Origin: Vulcanimicrobiales bacterium
GTDB taxonomy: Bacteria > Vulcanimicrobiota > Vulcanimicrobiia > Vulcanimicrobiales > Vulcanimicrobiaceae
Direction of reading: 5' to 3'
Assembly (NCBI GenBank): GCA_038215615.1
Contig: JBBQQR010000011.1
Location: forward strand, 9,599 to 73,598
DNA length: 64,000 nt
The notes under the pieces: model-generated
Database searches by the model: none
Told to the model about the DNA's origin: nothing
The model's input: only the letters and a program-made list of their open reading frames with translations
Made by a program: the position numbers and the translations under genes
Part shown: piece after piece, positions 19,429 to 28,181 of the stretch
Numbering within the stretch: position 1 is the stretch's first letter
How the letters are laid out: each line of letters begins with the position of its first letter

Positions 19429-19935
19429 ATGAAGAAACTCGCGCTTGTTTTTGTAGCCCTTTTTGCGTTTAGCCTCGGGCTCTTGGGCTCCAAGCTCGTC
19501 TTGAAGCCCGCGGCGGCGTCCGCGCCGGCGGTGCCGTCGGCGGGCTGGACGCTGCATATCGATGCGCTCAAACATTTGGGATCGGGCCATCCCACCCAGG
19601 TAGCTCACCATTGGTGCAAAGCGGTAGCCGGCGGTTTGCTCGAGTGTCAGATCTATGACTCAGATGCTGCCAGTGCGCGTCTGATCGAGATCGAAACGAT
19701 CGTTCCGGCGGCTGTCTACAAAGCGTTTTCAAAATCCGAGCAGGCGTTGTGGCATTACCACCGCACGGAAATTCCGAACGTGAGCGCAACGCTGCCGGGT
19801 ATGCCGGTCGCACTGCAAAAGAAAGTGGTCGCCTCGCTGCTCGAAACCTACGGCAAGCTGTGGATGCTCTGGAATCCGCTCGACACGACAGGCGGCTGGC
19901 CGACGGGAAAGCCGGCGGTCATCATTTTAAAGTAG
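19429..19935 (+). CDS. DUF1264/OBAP-family protein with N-terminal signal or anchor
   Basis: AHHWC, CQIYDS...ARL..IE, LWHYH, TYGK motifs; GGAGG RBS. Confidence 0.8.
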   Translation: MKKLALVFVALFAFSLGLLGSKLVLKPAAASAPAVPSAGWTLHIDALKHLGSGHPTQVAHHWCKAVAGGLLECQIYDSDAASARLIEIETIVPAAVYKAFSKSEQALWHYHRTEIPNVSATLPGMPVALQKKVVASLLETYGKLWMLWNPLDTTGGWPTGKPAVIILK

Positions 19936-19960
19936 AGGAATGAGCGGAGTAAACAAAATG

Positions 19961-19989
19961 GACGGCGCCGTTAGGCGCCGTCTTCTTTT
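19961..19989. terminator. Bidirectional intrinsic terminator
   Basis: GACGGCGCC-GTTA-GGCGCCGTC followed by TTCTTTT on + and CATTTTGTTT on -; lies between convergent genes. Confidence 0.75.
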
Positions 19990-21404
19990 AATATCGATGG
20001 CGCCATAACGGCGTCGCTCATGCCGTGGATGAGTCGCTTGTCGGCGGGGGCCACGGTTGCGAGGATCCCGCCCAAGCGTGTCTCGTCGCCGACGATGAAG
20101 AAGTAAGGGCAGAGCCGTACGCGGCCTTCAAACGTGCGGATTTCGTCGGCGGCGCGGTCGAGATACGTTTGCCGGACGCGCTTTCCCTTATAAAAGCGCT
20201 GGAGGATGCGTGGCGTCGTCTCGTATTCGCGCACGGCTTCCTGAAGCGTTGCCACCCATTCTTCTTTGGTGAGGTCGTTGGCGACGCGCACGCCGCGCGA
20301 GCCCCACGCGAGCTCCGAGAATCCGGATGGCTTGATAACGTAATCGCGTTCCGATTTCGTCAGTTCGGCAAGTTGCATCCAGTCGGAAACGGGCGCGCCG
20401 TTGGCTTCGAGTCCGGCGATCACCGCCTGCGGCGGAAGCGGGCGTGGATCGATGACCCACGTTTCAGGAAAAAGCTGTTTGAGGTGATCGTAAACGGCGA
20501 CCCCGAACTCGGCCTTCCAAAGTTTCGCCAACTGCGGATGATGGAAGAGCGCAAACGCGAGTTTTTCTTCGAGCTGCGCTTTGGGAGGCGGCGTCATCGT
20601 CACGCGGTTGTGGCGCGCAGAATACAGCATGAGCTCTTGCTTGGGAACGTTGAGTAAATCGAAGAGCTCGAAGTTGCGGTAGAGCGCATCGAGCTTTTCC
20701 TCGCGCCCGTCGGGCAGACGTACGAACAGCGCTTCTTCGGTGAAATAAATATCTTGGGGCCGGCACATGAACGCTTTCACGTTCGCGACGCGCGTCAGCG
20801 CCTGCGCCATCCACGTCATCTCCGGCCGATAATCGCCCGATTCGTCGGAAAGTACGATGGCGACCACCGGCTGGTCTTTTCCGGTTGCGGCGGAAAGCAT
20901 CGCGCCGTACGAGCGCACGATGCCGTCGGCGCCGCCGATGCTTTCCATGCCCAGCTTGCAATACGCCTCGGACATTGCTCCCAGGAAACCCATGCCGCCC
21001 GGAACGCTGTCGAGTTCGCTCGCGATGAAGCCGTCGTCGGTCAGGATCAAGTCGGGGCGAATGATGCCGGGCAAATCTTGCCGGAAACGATTTTGCCGCG
21101 ACAGCCGGACGATGTGCTCGGGCTTTCCTTGGTCGAGGTACTCGGCGATGAACGCCGGAGCGGTTCCACGCACGCTGCGGTTGTAGAGCGCGTTGAGCGC
21201 GCGATAAAAAAGAAGGAGGTTGGCGCCGATCGTCTCGATCCGCGCAAGGGCCCGCGGCGACAAGGCGAACGGCTCGGGGCTGATGCGCCACGGGATCCGT
21301 TCGTCCGCTGTTTCGACCTTGAAGAGTCCGGACGGGATCGCGTCATACAGGAAATGCGCTTGGTCGCGAGCCGTGAGGTCGGGGGAATACGCCGTGCAGG
21401 CCAT
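19971..21404 (-). CDS. Uncharacterised ATP-grasp-like ligase (circularly permuted, glutathionylspermidine-synthase-like)
   Basis: IRPDL...ELDSVPGG, EEK, YVIKPSG...GSRGV, ILQRF, RVRL motifs. Confidence 0.7.
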   Translation of the reverse strand: MACTAYSPDLTARDQAHFLYDAIPSGLFKVETADERIPWRISPEPFALSPRALARIETIGANLLLFYRALNALYNRSVRGTAPAFIAEYLDQGKPEHIVRLSRQNRFRQDLPGIIRPDLILTDDGFIASELDSVPGGMGFLGAMSEAYCKLGMESIGGADGIVRSYGAMLSAATGKDQPVVAIVLSDESGDYRPEMTWMAQALTRVANVKAFMCRPQDIYFTEEALFVRLPDGREEKLDALYRNFELFDLLNVPKQELMLYSARHNRVTMTPPPKAQLEEKLAFALFHHPQLAKLWKAEFGVAVYDHLKQLFPETWVIDPRPLPPQAVIAGLEANGAPVSDWMQLAELTKSERDYVIKPSGFSELAWGSRGVRVANDLTKEEWVATLQEAVREYETTPRILQRFYKGKRVRQTYLDRAADEIRTFEGRVRLCPYFFIVGDETRLGGILATVAPADKRLIHGMSDAVMAPSILKEDGA

Positions 21405-21407
21405 CGT

Positions 21408-21470
21408 TTATGAGCCTCGACAGCCGTCGGGGATCTTGGACATGCCGAACGCTATGTAGAGCCGCCGCAT
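21408..21470 (-). CDS. Putative 20-aa upstream peptide MRRLYIAFGMSKIPDGCRGS
   Basis: ATG...TAA ending 3 nt before the ligase ATG; not in the ORF track; may be chance. Confidence 0.3.
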   Translation of the reverse strand: MRRLYIAFGMSKIPDGCRGS

Positions 21471-21522
21471 CACCACACTAAAATACCCTCATTCCCCGCT
21501 TCGGTTGCAGGGACGGGCGAGC

Positions 21523-21921
21523 CTATTTTATGGTGATGGCGCCGGGGGTGAGCAAGGCGCTCTCGACCCGCACGACCCCGCCACGGTAGACGAGCGTCAG
21601 GTGGAGGGTACCTTCCAGGCCGAGCCGCGCGAGGGCGACGTCCTCAATGACGCGCGAAACACTCTCGCCAGCGATGAACTGGAGCGTGCTCTGCAGTGAA
21701 AACGAGCCGCGCGAGGTGCTGTAATTCTCGGTGACTTGCACGGGCAGATCGTGGCCGGCGGTCGCGGACATCTCGGCGGATACGCAGTAGCTCACCGTCA
21801 GCGGCACGCCTTTGACCGGCAGCGTCTCTCGCGTGCAACGGCTGCCTTGCGCCCAAGCCGCGCCGGTGGCGGAAAGAGCAAGGGCCAGAGCCAGAAGCGG
21901 GCGGCCGTAGATGTTGTTCAT
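21523..21921 (-). CDS. Hypothetical secreted protein
   Basis: Signal peptide ending AWA, two Cys, beta-rich. Confidence 0.7.
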   Translation of the reverse strand: MNNIYGRPLLALALALSATGAAWAQGSRCTRETLPVKGVPLTVSYCVSAEMSATAGHDLPVQVTENYSTSRGSFSLQSTLQFIAGESVSRVIEDVALARLGLEGTLHLTLVYRGGVVRVESALLTPGAITIK

Positions 21922-21931
21922 CCTTGTCGAT

Positions 21932-21958
21932 CAACGTAGCGGCAAGACTGAAGGTTGC
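21932..21958 (-). promoter_or_regulatory. Putative ECF-sigma promoter
   Basis: GCAACC-N16-CGTTG, 10 nt before ATG 21921. Confidence 0.5.
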
Positions 21959-21991
21959 ATTGGCGCCGGAGGCGCCGTTTGACGAAGGGTA

Positions 21992-21997
21992 TAGAAT
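21992..21997 (+). promoter_or_regulatory. Putative -10 of a leaderless or short-leader cof-moa operon
   Basis: TAGAAT 7 nt before ATG 22005. Confidence 0.45.
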
Positions 21998-22004
21998 GGA
22001 GCCG

Positions 22005-22823
22005 ATGCGGTTCGATTTGATCGCGCTCGATTTGGACGGCACGCTCTTGGATTCGCAAGAGCGCGTTTCGCCGCGCAACCGGCGCGCGATCGAAAGTGCG
22101 CTGGCCGCGGGCATAAGGATCGTGCTCGTAACCGGGCGCGGCGTCGATATGCCGATTCGCGTGAGCCGCGAGCTCGGGCTCAACCTGCCCGTCATCTGCG
22201 CTCACGGCGCCTTGACCAAAGATTTCGGCGCGAACCGCACGCTTGGGCACATTCCGGTTCCGCTGCAATACGCCAAACCGATGATCGAGTTTTCAGAGCG
22301 CCAAGGTCTGTCGGTGGCGATCTACGCCGAAGAATTTTTCTACCGGCTCGAAGGATCGAAACTGCATATGGACGACATGCGCGGTCCGGCATGGCGTCAG
22401 GTCAGGACGTTCGCCGACGTGATGCACACCGCGCCAACTTTCATTCGCTTCCTCGGCCGTGAGTCTGTCGCAGCGATGGAAGAAGAGTTTCGCGATCTGC
22501 CCCTGCACTTCAAATATGAGACGTGGCTGGATTTCGTCGAATGCGCGGTGACCAGCCGTGACGCCACCAAGCAGCGCGCGCTCGCGCGGCTCTGCGCGGA
22601 CTTCCAAGTTCCGCCCGAACGCGTGCTGGCAATCGGCGACTCACGAAATGACGTACCCATGCTGCGCTGGGCCGGAGTGGGGGTCGTTATGGCTAACGCG
22701 TTACCCGAAGTGCGCGAAGCGCTGAAGCACGTCACCGGCAGCAACGAAGAAGATGGAGTCGCTCAAGCAATCGAAAAATTCGCGCTCAAACCGAGCCCGC
22801 AAGAACGATCGCGCATCGCGTGA
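22005..22823 (+). CDS. Cof-type HAD-IIB hydrolase
   Basis: DLDGTLL, VTGR, GDSRND..ML, NEEDGVA. Confidence 0.93.
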   Translation: MRFDLIALDLDGTLLDSQERVSPRNRRAIESALAAGIRIVLVTGRGVDMPIRVSRELGLNLPVICAHGALTKDFGANRTLGHIPVPLQYAKPMIEFSERQGLSVAIYAEEFFYRLEGSKLHMDDMRGPAWRQVRTFADVMHTAPTFIRFLGRESVAAMEEEFRDLPLHFKYETWLDFVECAVTSRDATKQRALARLCADFQVPPERVLAIGDSRNDVPMLRWAGVGVVMANALPEVREALKHVTGSNEEDGVAQAIEKFALKPSPQERSRIA

Positions 22824-23062
22824 AGGTACGCGTGCTGCCGTTTGCGCGCGTGCGCGAACTGCTTGGGCCGCCCCGTGAGGTGGAGCTCCCCGGGGGGGCG
22901 ACGGTAGGCGCCCTGTGGGACGATTTGGCAAAGACGTGCGAGGGGTTACGACAACTTGCGCAATCGACTCGCATCGCCCTTAACGGACGCGTGGCGCGGC
23001 GCGAAGAGGCGCTGCAAGACGGCGACGAGGTCGCCTTACTTCCGCCGGCCGGAGGCGGCTGA
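22820..23062 (+). CDS. moaD: Molybdopterin synthase sulfur carrier
   Basis: Beta-grasp pattern, FA..RE, GDEVALLPPAGGG C-terminal Gly-Gly. Confidence 0.92.
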   Translation: MKVRVLPFARVRELLGPPREVELPGGATVGALWDDLAKTCEGLRQLAQSTRIALNGRVARREEALQDGDEVALLPPAGGG

Positions 23063-23487
23063 TGTTCGCGATCGTGCGCGGTCCCATCGACGTCAGCGCG
23101 ATCGCGAAATCGGTCCGGACGGACGCGTGCGGTGCAATCATCACCTTTTCCGGGGTGGTCAGGGAGACGTCGGATGATGATCGTCCTGTCACGGGTTTGT
23201 CGTACGAAGCGCACGAGTCGATGGCGGCCGCCGAGTTCGAAGCGATCGCGCAAGAAGCCCGACGCCGCTTCGGACCGTGCGAGATCGCCGTCGCGCATCG
23301 CATAGGCGATCTCCACGTTGGAGAAGTTTCGGTGGCGGTCGCCGTCGGAGCGCCCCACCGCGGGGTCGCGTTCGACGCGTGCTTGTTCACCATCGACGAA
23401 TTGAAACGCCGCGCACCCATTTGGAAGAAGGAGCATTACGCGCAGGGCGACAGCGAGTGGCGGAGCAATCCGGACGCGCAAGCGTAA
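23062..23487 (+). CDS. moaE: Molybdopterin synthase catalytic subunit
   Basis: GAIITFSGVVR, HRIG, PHR, PIWKKE. Confidence 0.96.
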   Translation: MFAIVRGPIDVSAIAKSVRTDACGAIITFSGVVRETSDDDRPVTGLSYEAHESMAAAEFEAIAQEARRRFGPCEIAVAHRIGDLHVGEVSVAVAVGAPHRGVAFDACLFTIDELKRRAPIWKKEHYAQGDSEWRSNPDAQA

Positions 23488-24204
23488 GTGAAGCTAGAAT
23501 TGCTGCGCATCGCAGCCGCCGGTGCGAACATTGCCGCTCTGCGCTACGAGCCGCGACGGCCGCGCGGCGTGTGGATCGTCGCCGGGCACGGATACTCGAG
23601 CTCGAAGCACAACCTCGATTTCCTCTGTTCCTTCCTGGCGAGTCACGGCTATGGCGTCGTCAGTATGGACTTCCAGGGACACAAACTCGGCGCGAGCGGC
23701 GGACGTCTGCAGAGTGTTGAGGATCTGCCCATTGCGATGGGCGGCGTTGCGGGGTTCGTTCGCGAGTTTCATTCAGGCGCGCTCTACACTATGGGTCACA
23801 GCATGGGTGCGATGACGGCACTGTTTACCGCGGCCCGCGATCCAAGCATTACGGGAACTATTGCGATCGCGACCGGCTACGGAAGGCCGTCGGCGATCGA
23901 AGCTCTGCGCGAGAAGGGCGTCTCCGATTTTCGTTCGGCTTACGTCGAGGGTTTGGCCCTGCCCGACTTGGTGCGGGGTGTGGACGAGCTGTTCGATCGC
24001 GCGCTGCCGCAGCTGGCGGGCAGACCGCAGCTCTACGTTTGTGCCGATCGCGATGCGATGGTCAGCCGCGCGAGCGTCGAAGAGTTATTCGACCGTGCGT
24101 CCGAACCGAAGACCTTCGTTACGATTTCCAGCGACCACACATATGCGGCTGAAAATGCGCGCGGCGAAGTGCTCGCATGGCTAAATCTCTCGCACCCGCG
24201 ATAG
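23488..24204 (+). CDS. Alpha/beta-fold hydrolase
   Basis: HGY, GHSMG nucleophile elbow, D and H of the triad near the C-terminus. Confidence 0.88.
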   Translation: MKLELLRIAAAGANIAALRYEPRRPRGVWIVAGHGYSSSKHNLDFLCSFLASHGYGVVSMDFQGHKLGASGGRLQSVEDLPIAMGGVAGFVREFHSGALYTMGHSMGAMTALFTAARDPSITGTIAIATGYGRPSAIEALREKGVSDFRSAYVEGLALPDLVRGVDELFDRALPQLAGRPQLYVCADRDAMVSRASVEELFDRASEPKTFVTISSDHTYAAENARGEVLAWLNLSHPR

Positions 24205-25298
24205 TTCAAGGTTTGCGGCGGTACAGCCGCCACTTGCTGATCCCTGAAGTCGGCGTTTCGGGACAAGAACGGCTAGCGGCGTCCCGGGTTCTCTGCGTGG
24301 GCGCGGGTGGGCTAGGATCGCCGGCCTTGCAATACTTGGCTGCGGCGGGTGTCGGGCGTATCGGGATAATGGACGACGACGTCGTCGACGAAAGCAATTT
24401 GCAGCGCCAAACGCTCTTCGCTACGAGCGACATCGGAGCGCAAAAAGCTCAGGTAGCGGCGCGGCGCGTTATGGAGCTGAATCCGCTCACCGCTGCCGAC
24501 GCGATCCCCGTGCGGCTAGATTCGTCGAACGCGCGCGATCTTATCCGTCTTTACGATGTCGTACTGGACTGCACCGATCGGTTCGAAACGCGCTATACCG
24601 TAAACGATGCATGCTGGCTGGAAAATAAACCGGACGTGTACGCGTCCATCTTTCGCTTCGACGGGCAGGTCAGCGTCTTCTGGCGCGATCACGGACCGTG
24701 TTATCGTTGTTTATTTTCGGCGGCTCCGCCGGCCGGAAGCGTGCCCACCTGCGCCGAGGGCGGCGTGCTCGGCGTGCTCGCCGGAATCACGGGAGCGTTT
24801 CAAGCCAACGAAGCCCTGAAGATCGTGCTCGGTATCGGTGAACCGCTCTTGGGAAGGCTGCTGCTCATCGATGCGCTCGGGTCGCGCACGCGCGAGGTTA
24901 CCTTTGAACGCGAAGCCGGTTGCGCGTTATGCGGTCAGAGCGCGACGATCGCCGACGTCATCGCCGAACCCAGCGAGATTCGGATGAGCGATCTTGAAGA
25001 AATCGATGCATCGCAGCTCGATGATGCGATGCGCGAGTCGGTGCTGCTCGACGTGCGTGAACCGCACGAAGTGGCACTAGGTGTTTTGGACGGAGCGCTG
25101 CATGTGCCGGCGTCGGATTTACCCGAACGCCTTCACGAACTCGACTCCGCGAAATCTTACATTGTCGCGTGCCGTATCGGACAAAAATCCGCCTGGGCGG
25201 CGCGCTTCTTGCGGGATTCCGGCTTCCGGCGCGTCACGCATCTGCGCGATGGCCTCCTGGCCTACGCGGGGCAGCATCCCGACTTCGAGTTCTTCTAA
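24177..25298 (+). CDS. moeB: MoeB/MoeZ adenylyltransferase with C-terminal rhodanese
   Basis: RYSRH, GAGGLGS, SNLQRQ, CYRC, CAEGG, CALC; rhodanese DVRE...CRIG. Confidence 0.93.
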   Translation: MAKSLAPAIVQGLRRYSRHLLIPEVGVSGQERLAASRVLCVGAGGLGSPALQYLAAAGVGRIGIMDDDVVDESNLQRQTLFATSDIGAQKAQVAARRVMELNPLTAADAIPVRLDSSNARDLIRLYDVVLDCTDRFETRYTVNDACWLENKPDVYASIFRFDGQVSVFWRDHGPCYRCLFSAAPPAGSVPTCAEGGVLGVLAGITGAFQANEALKIVLGIGEPLLGRLLLIDALGSRTREVTFEREAGCALCGQSATIADVIAEPSEIRMSDLEEIDASQLDDAMRESVLLDVREPHEVALGVLDGALHVPASDLPERLHELDSAKSYIVACRIGQKSAWAARFLRDSGFRRVTHLRDGLLAYAGQHPDFEFF

Positions 25299-26167
25299 AG
25301 CCGGAAGCTGCCCTCACCGACGAAGATCGTTTCACCGCCAACATCAAAGGTGAGTGCGGCGCCGTCATTCTCGATGTGAACGTGCAGCACGCTGCGCCGC
25401 CCGAGTTTGACGCCCTGCTCGCTGACGAATGACGATCGCGCCGGTTCGAGCGCGCCGTACTTCGCGAGGTAGGCGAAAACCGGTCCCGTCGCACTTCCCG
25501 TGGCGGGATCTTCGGCGATGCCGCTCATGGGCGCAAACATACGCGCATACGTGCCTTTCTCCGTCAAGCAAAAGACGAAGACTCCCGAGACGTGCGATTC
25601 GATCGTCTCCTCAAAACCACCGACGGCGTACCAGGCGCGATCGACGGCATCGCGATCGCGAAGCGCTATGAAAAGAAACGGATTTCCGGCGCCGGCAATT
25701 TGCGGCGGCAGCGTTTCGTGCAGGTCCCTTTCCCCCAGGCCCAACGAAGCGGCGGCTCGCGCCCGGTCGAGCGTTTGTTCGAACGTCACCGGAGGCGTGC
25801 GCAACCACGCAAAGAGTTTGCCGTTTTTGCGCTCGAGCCGAACGGCTACATCGCCGACGCGTTCGCCAAGCGCGAACCTCGTTGTCTCCGGCGAGACCCA
25901 CTTGAGCACTTCGGCAATCGCGAAAGTCGCGCCGACGGTCGGATGACCGGCGAACGGCATCTCGTGCCGCGGCGTAAAGATACGCAGCTCGGCGGGGCGG
26001 CCCTCATCGTTCGACCGCCGCAAAAATACGGTCTCGGCCACGTTAAGTTCGTTGGCCAGCATTTGCATCGTGGCATCGTCGAGATGCTGCGGAACGACAG
26101 CTAGCTGATTTCCTTGGAACGGCCGTTCGGCGAAGACATCGAAAAGCAGATATGAAATCTGCGCCAT
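25295..26167 (-). CDS. PhzF-family isomerase
   Basis: DVF...GNQL, EMPFAGHPT, EDPATGSA; AAGGAGG RBS. Confidence 0.93.
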   Translation of the reverse strand: MAQISYLLFDVFAERPFQGNQLAVVPQHLDDATMQMLANELNVAETVFLRRSNDEGRPAELRIFTPRHEMPFAGHPTVGATFAIAEVLKWVSPETTRFALGERVGDVAVRLERKNGKLFAWLRTPPVTFEQTLDRARAAASLGLGERDLHETLPPQIAGAGNPFLFIALRDRDAVDRAWYAVGGFEETIESHVSGVFVFCLTEKGTYARMFAPMSGIAEDPATGSATGPVFAYLAKYGALEPARSSFVSEQGVKLGRRSVLHVHIENDGAALTFDVGGETIFVGEGSFRL

Positions 26168-26184
26168 AGAGAGAAGCCTCCTTC

Positions 26185-27033
26185 GTGATCAGCAAACCAT
26201 TTGGGCCGGCCGGCGTTGCGGTCCCAGCCATCGGGCAAGGCACGTGGGATATTCCCGAAAACGGGCATCGCCGCGCGGAGGCGATTCGCGCACTCCGGCG
26301 CGGTATCGAACTCGGAATGACGCACATCGATACGGCGGAGATGTATGGTGCCGGCGCCGCTGAGGAAATCGTCGGTGAGGCCGTGGAGCGCGTATCGCGT
26401 GAATCGCTCTTCGTTACGAGCAAAGTGCTGCCCGAGAACGCGTCTTATAAAGGAACGATCGCGGCGTGCGAGTCTACGCTGCGGCGCCTGCGAACGGATT
26501 ACGTGGACTTGTATCTCCTGCACTGGCCCGGATCGCATCCCATTGCCGAGACGATGCGCGGCCTCGAGGAACTGGCCGCCAAAGGCATGGCACGGCACAT
26601 CGGAGTCAGCAACTTCGACGTCGAAGAGCTGCGCGATGCCCAAGCCCAGTTGCGCAAGGTGAAAATCGCGGCCAACCAGATCTATTACAGCCCGGTGGAG
26701 CGCGGGCCTGAAGCGCGGCTTCTCCCGTACTGCCGCGCACACCACATCGCCGTCATCGGCTATACGCCGTTCGGGCGCGGCCGCGTGTTACGCAAGGGCT
26801 CGCGCGGCGAGGCCGTCCTGCAGCGAATTGCCGAAAAGCACGCCAAGACGCCGCGTCAAGTCGTGCTCAACTTTCTGACCCGCGATCCGGACGTTTTTGC
26901 GATACCCAAAGCGTCGAACGTAGCGCATGTCGAGGAAAACTCCGGCGCAACCGGCTGGGATATAGATGAAGAAGACCTCGCGCAGATCGACGGTGTGTTC
27001 CCCGTCGTGGAAGGCCCACTTGCAACCGTTTGA
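26185..27033 (+). CDS. Aldo/keto reductase
   Basis: GQGTW, IDTAEMY, SK, LYLLHWP, IGVSNF, IPK. Confidence 0.95.
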   Translation: MISKPFGPAGVAVPAIGQGTWDIPENGHRRAEAIRALRRGIELGMTHIDTAEMYGAGAAEEIVGEAVERVSRESLFVTSKVLPENASYKGTIAACESTLRRLRTDYVDLYLLHWPGSHPIAETMRGLEELAAKGMARHIGVSNFDVEELRDAQAQLRKVKIAANQIYYSPVERGPEARLLPYCRAHHIAVIGYTPFGRGRVLRKGSRGEAVLQRIAEKHAKTPRQVVLNFLTRDPDVFAIPKASNVAHVEENSGATGWDIDEEDLAQIDGVFPVVEGPLATV

Positions 27034-28174
27034 CGCCGCTGCAATCAAGCGGCTCGCGCGCGAGAAAGCAATGCGGCTTGGCGCGAGCGACGTACGCGTG
27101 ACCTCAACGGGCAAAACCGGTGACGTGCAGCGGGATTTGAGTGAATCGTTCGCGCGCGGCGATCTCGCGACGTGGCCCTACGATGCAGCGTACGCGGCCA
27201 AGGCCGCCGACCCGGAGCGCATTCTTGAAGGCGCGCGCAGCGTGATCTGCATCGCTGTTCCTTATGGGACGGACTCGGCGGAGCCGCTGCCGATGCAGGG
27301 ACGCGTATCGAATTACGTTGGTTCCGTTGACTATCACGCGCAGATAAAACAACTTCTGCTCGAAGTCGCCGGCGACATCGACGCTGCGGCCGGCGCGAAC
27401 GTGACCGCTATCGCGTGCGATACAAAGCCCATCGCGGAGCGTGCGTTCGCCGCCCGCGCAGGCCTAGGATGGATCGGGAAACACACGAACCTGATATCGC
27501 CGCTCTCCGGCTCGTTCGTCTTTTTGGGCGAGATCGTCACGAAGCTCGAACTGCCGCCGGACGAGCCGCTGCGCAAGACGTGCGGGTCGTGCACGCGCTG
27601 CATCCAGGCGTGTCCGACCGGCGCGCTGCGCGGCGATTACACGATCGACGCGACGCGCTGTATCGCCGACCTTACGCAACGGACCGACGCAATTCCGCGC
27701 GCGATGCGTCCCCTCGTCGGCACGTGGGTGTGGGGCTGCGATCTCTGCCAGCTGGCCTGCCCACCCAACCTTGTCATCATGAACCTGTCTCTTCGACCCG
27801 GCTCTCAGGGCGAGGGGCGTTCGAAAGAGACCTCGACGCCCGAGCTCGTCGAGCTGTTACAGTTGCGCAGCAGCGGTTTTAAACGGAAGTATGCGCGCAC
27901 CGCGATGGGATGGCGCGGCGGCGCCGTTCTGCGCCGCAACGCAGCCGTAGCGCTGGGTAACTCGCTCGATCGCGCTGCAGTGCCGCCGCTGGCCCGAGCA
28001 TTGCAAGGCGATCCGCATCCGCTCGTGCGCGGGCACAGCGCGTGGGCGCTCGGTCGGATCGGTTCGGCCCAAGCGATTGCGGCTTTAAACCGGCGTCTGC
28101 CGATCGAGCCTGACCGCGGTGTGCGTGACGAGATCCATGCGGCGCTGGAACCGTACGCAGCCGGGCGGCGTTAG
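27020..28174 (+). CDS. queG: Epoxyqueuosine reductase with C-terminal HEAT repeats
   Basis: DYH, GLGWIGK, CGSCTRCIQACP, GCDLCQLACP, RRNAAVALGN; TTG start inferred. Confidence 0.93.
   Translation: MQPFDAAAIKRLAREKAMRLGASDVRVTSTGKTGDVQRDLSESFARGDLATWPYDAAYAAKAADPERILEGARSVICIAVPYGTDSAEPLPMQGRVSNYVGSVDYHAQIKQLLLEVAGDIDAAAGANVTAIACDTKPIAERAFAARAGLGWIGKHTNLISPLSGSFVFLGEIVTKLELPPDEPLRKTCGSCTRCIQACPTGALRGDYTIDATRCIADLTQRTDAIPRAMRPLVGTWVWGCDLCQLACPPNLVIMNLSLRPGSQGEGRSKETSTPELVELLQLRSSGFKRKYARTAMGWRGGAVLRRNAAVALGNSLDRAAVPPLARALQGDPHPLVRGHSAWALGRIGSAQAIAALNRRLPIEPDRGVRDEIHAALEPYAAGRR
28147..28173 (+). promoter_or_regulatory. Putative ECF-sigma promoter (inside the queG 3' end)
   Basis: GGAACC-N16-CGTTA, 8 nt before ATG 28182. 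Confidence 0.55.
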
Positions 28175-28181
28175 AACCTGC

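Noticed and set aside
19936..19962. Three GGA motifs before the terminator as a CsrA sponge
   Set aside because: Very short, GGAs are not in hairpin loops, compatible with chance
21962..21976. GGCGCC-GGA-GGCGCC hairpin as a CsrA site
   Set aside because: Lies upstream of both predicted divergent start sites, so likely untranscribed
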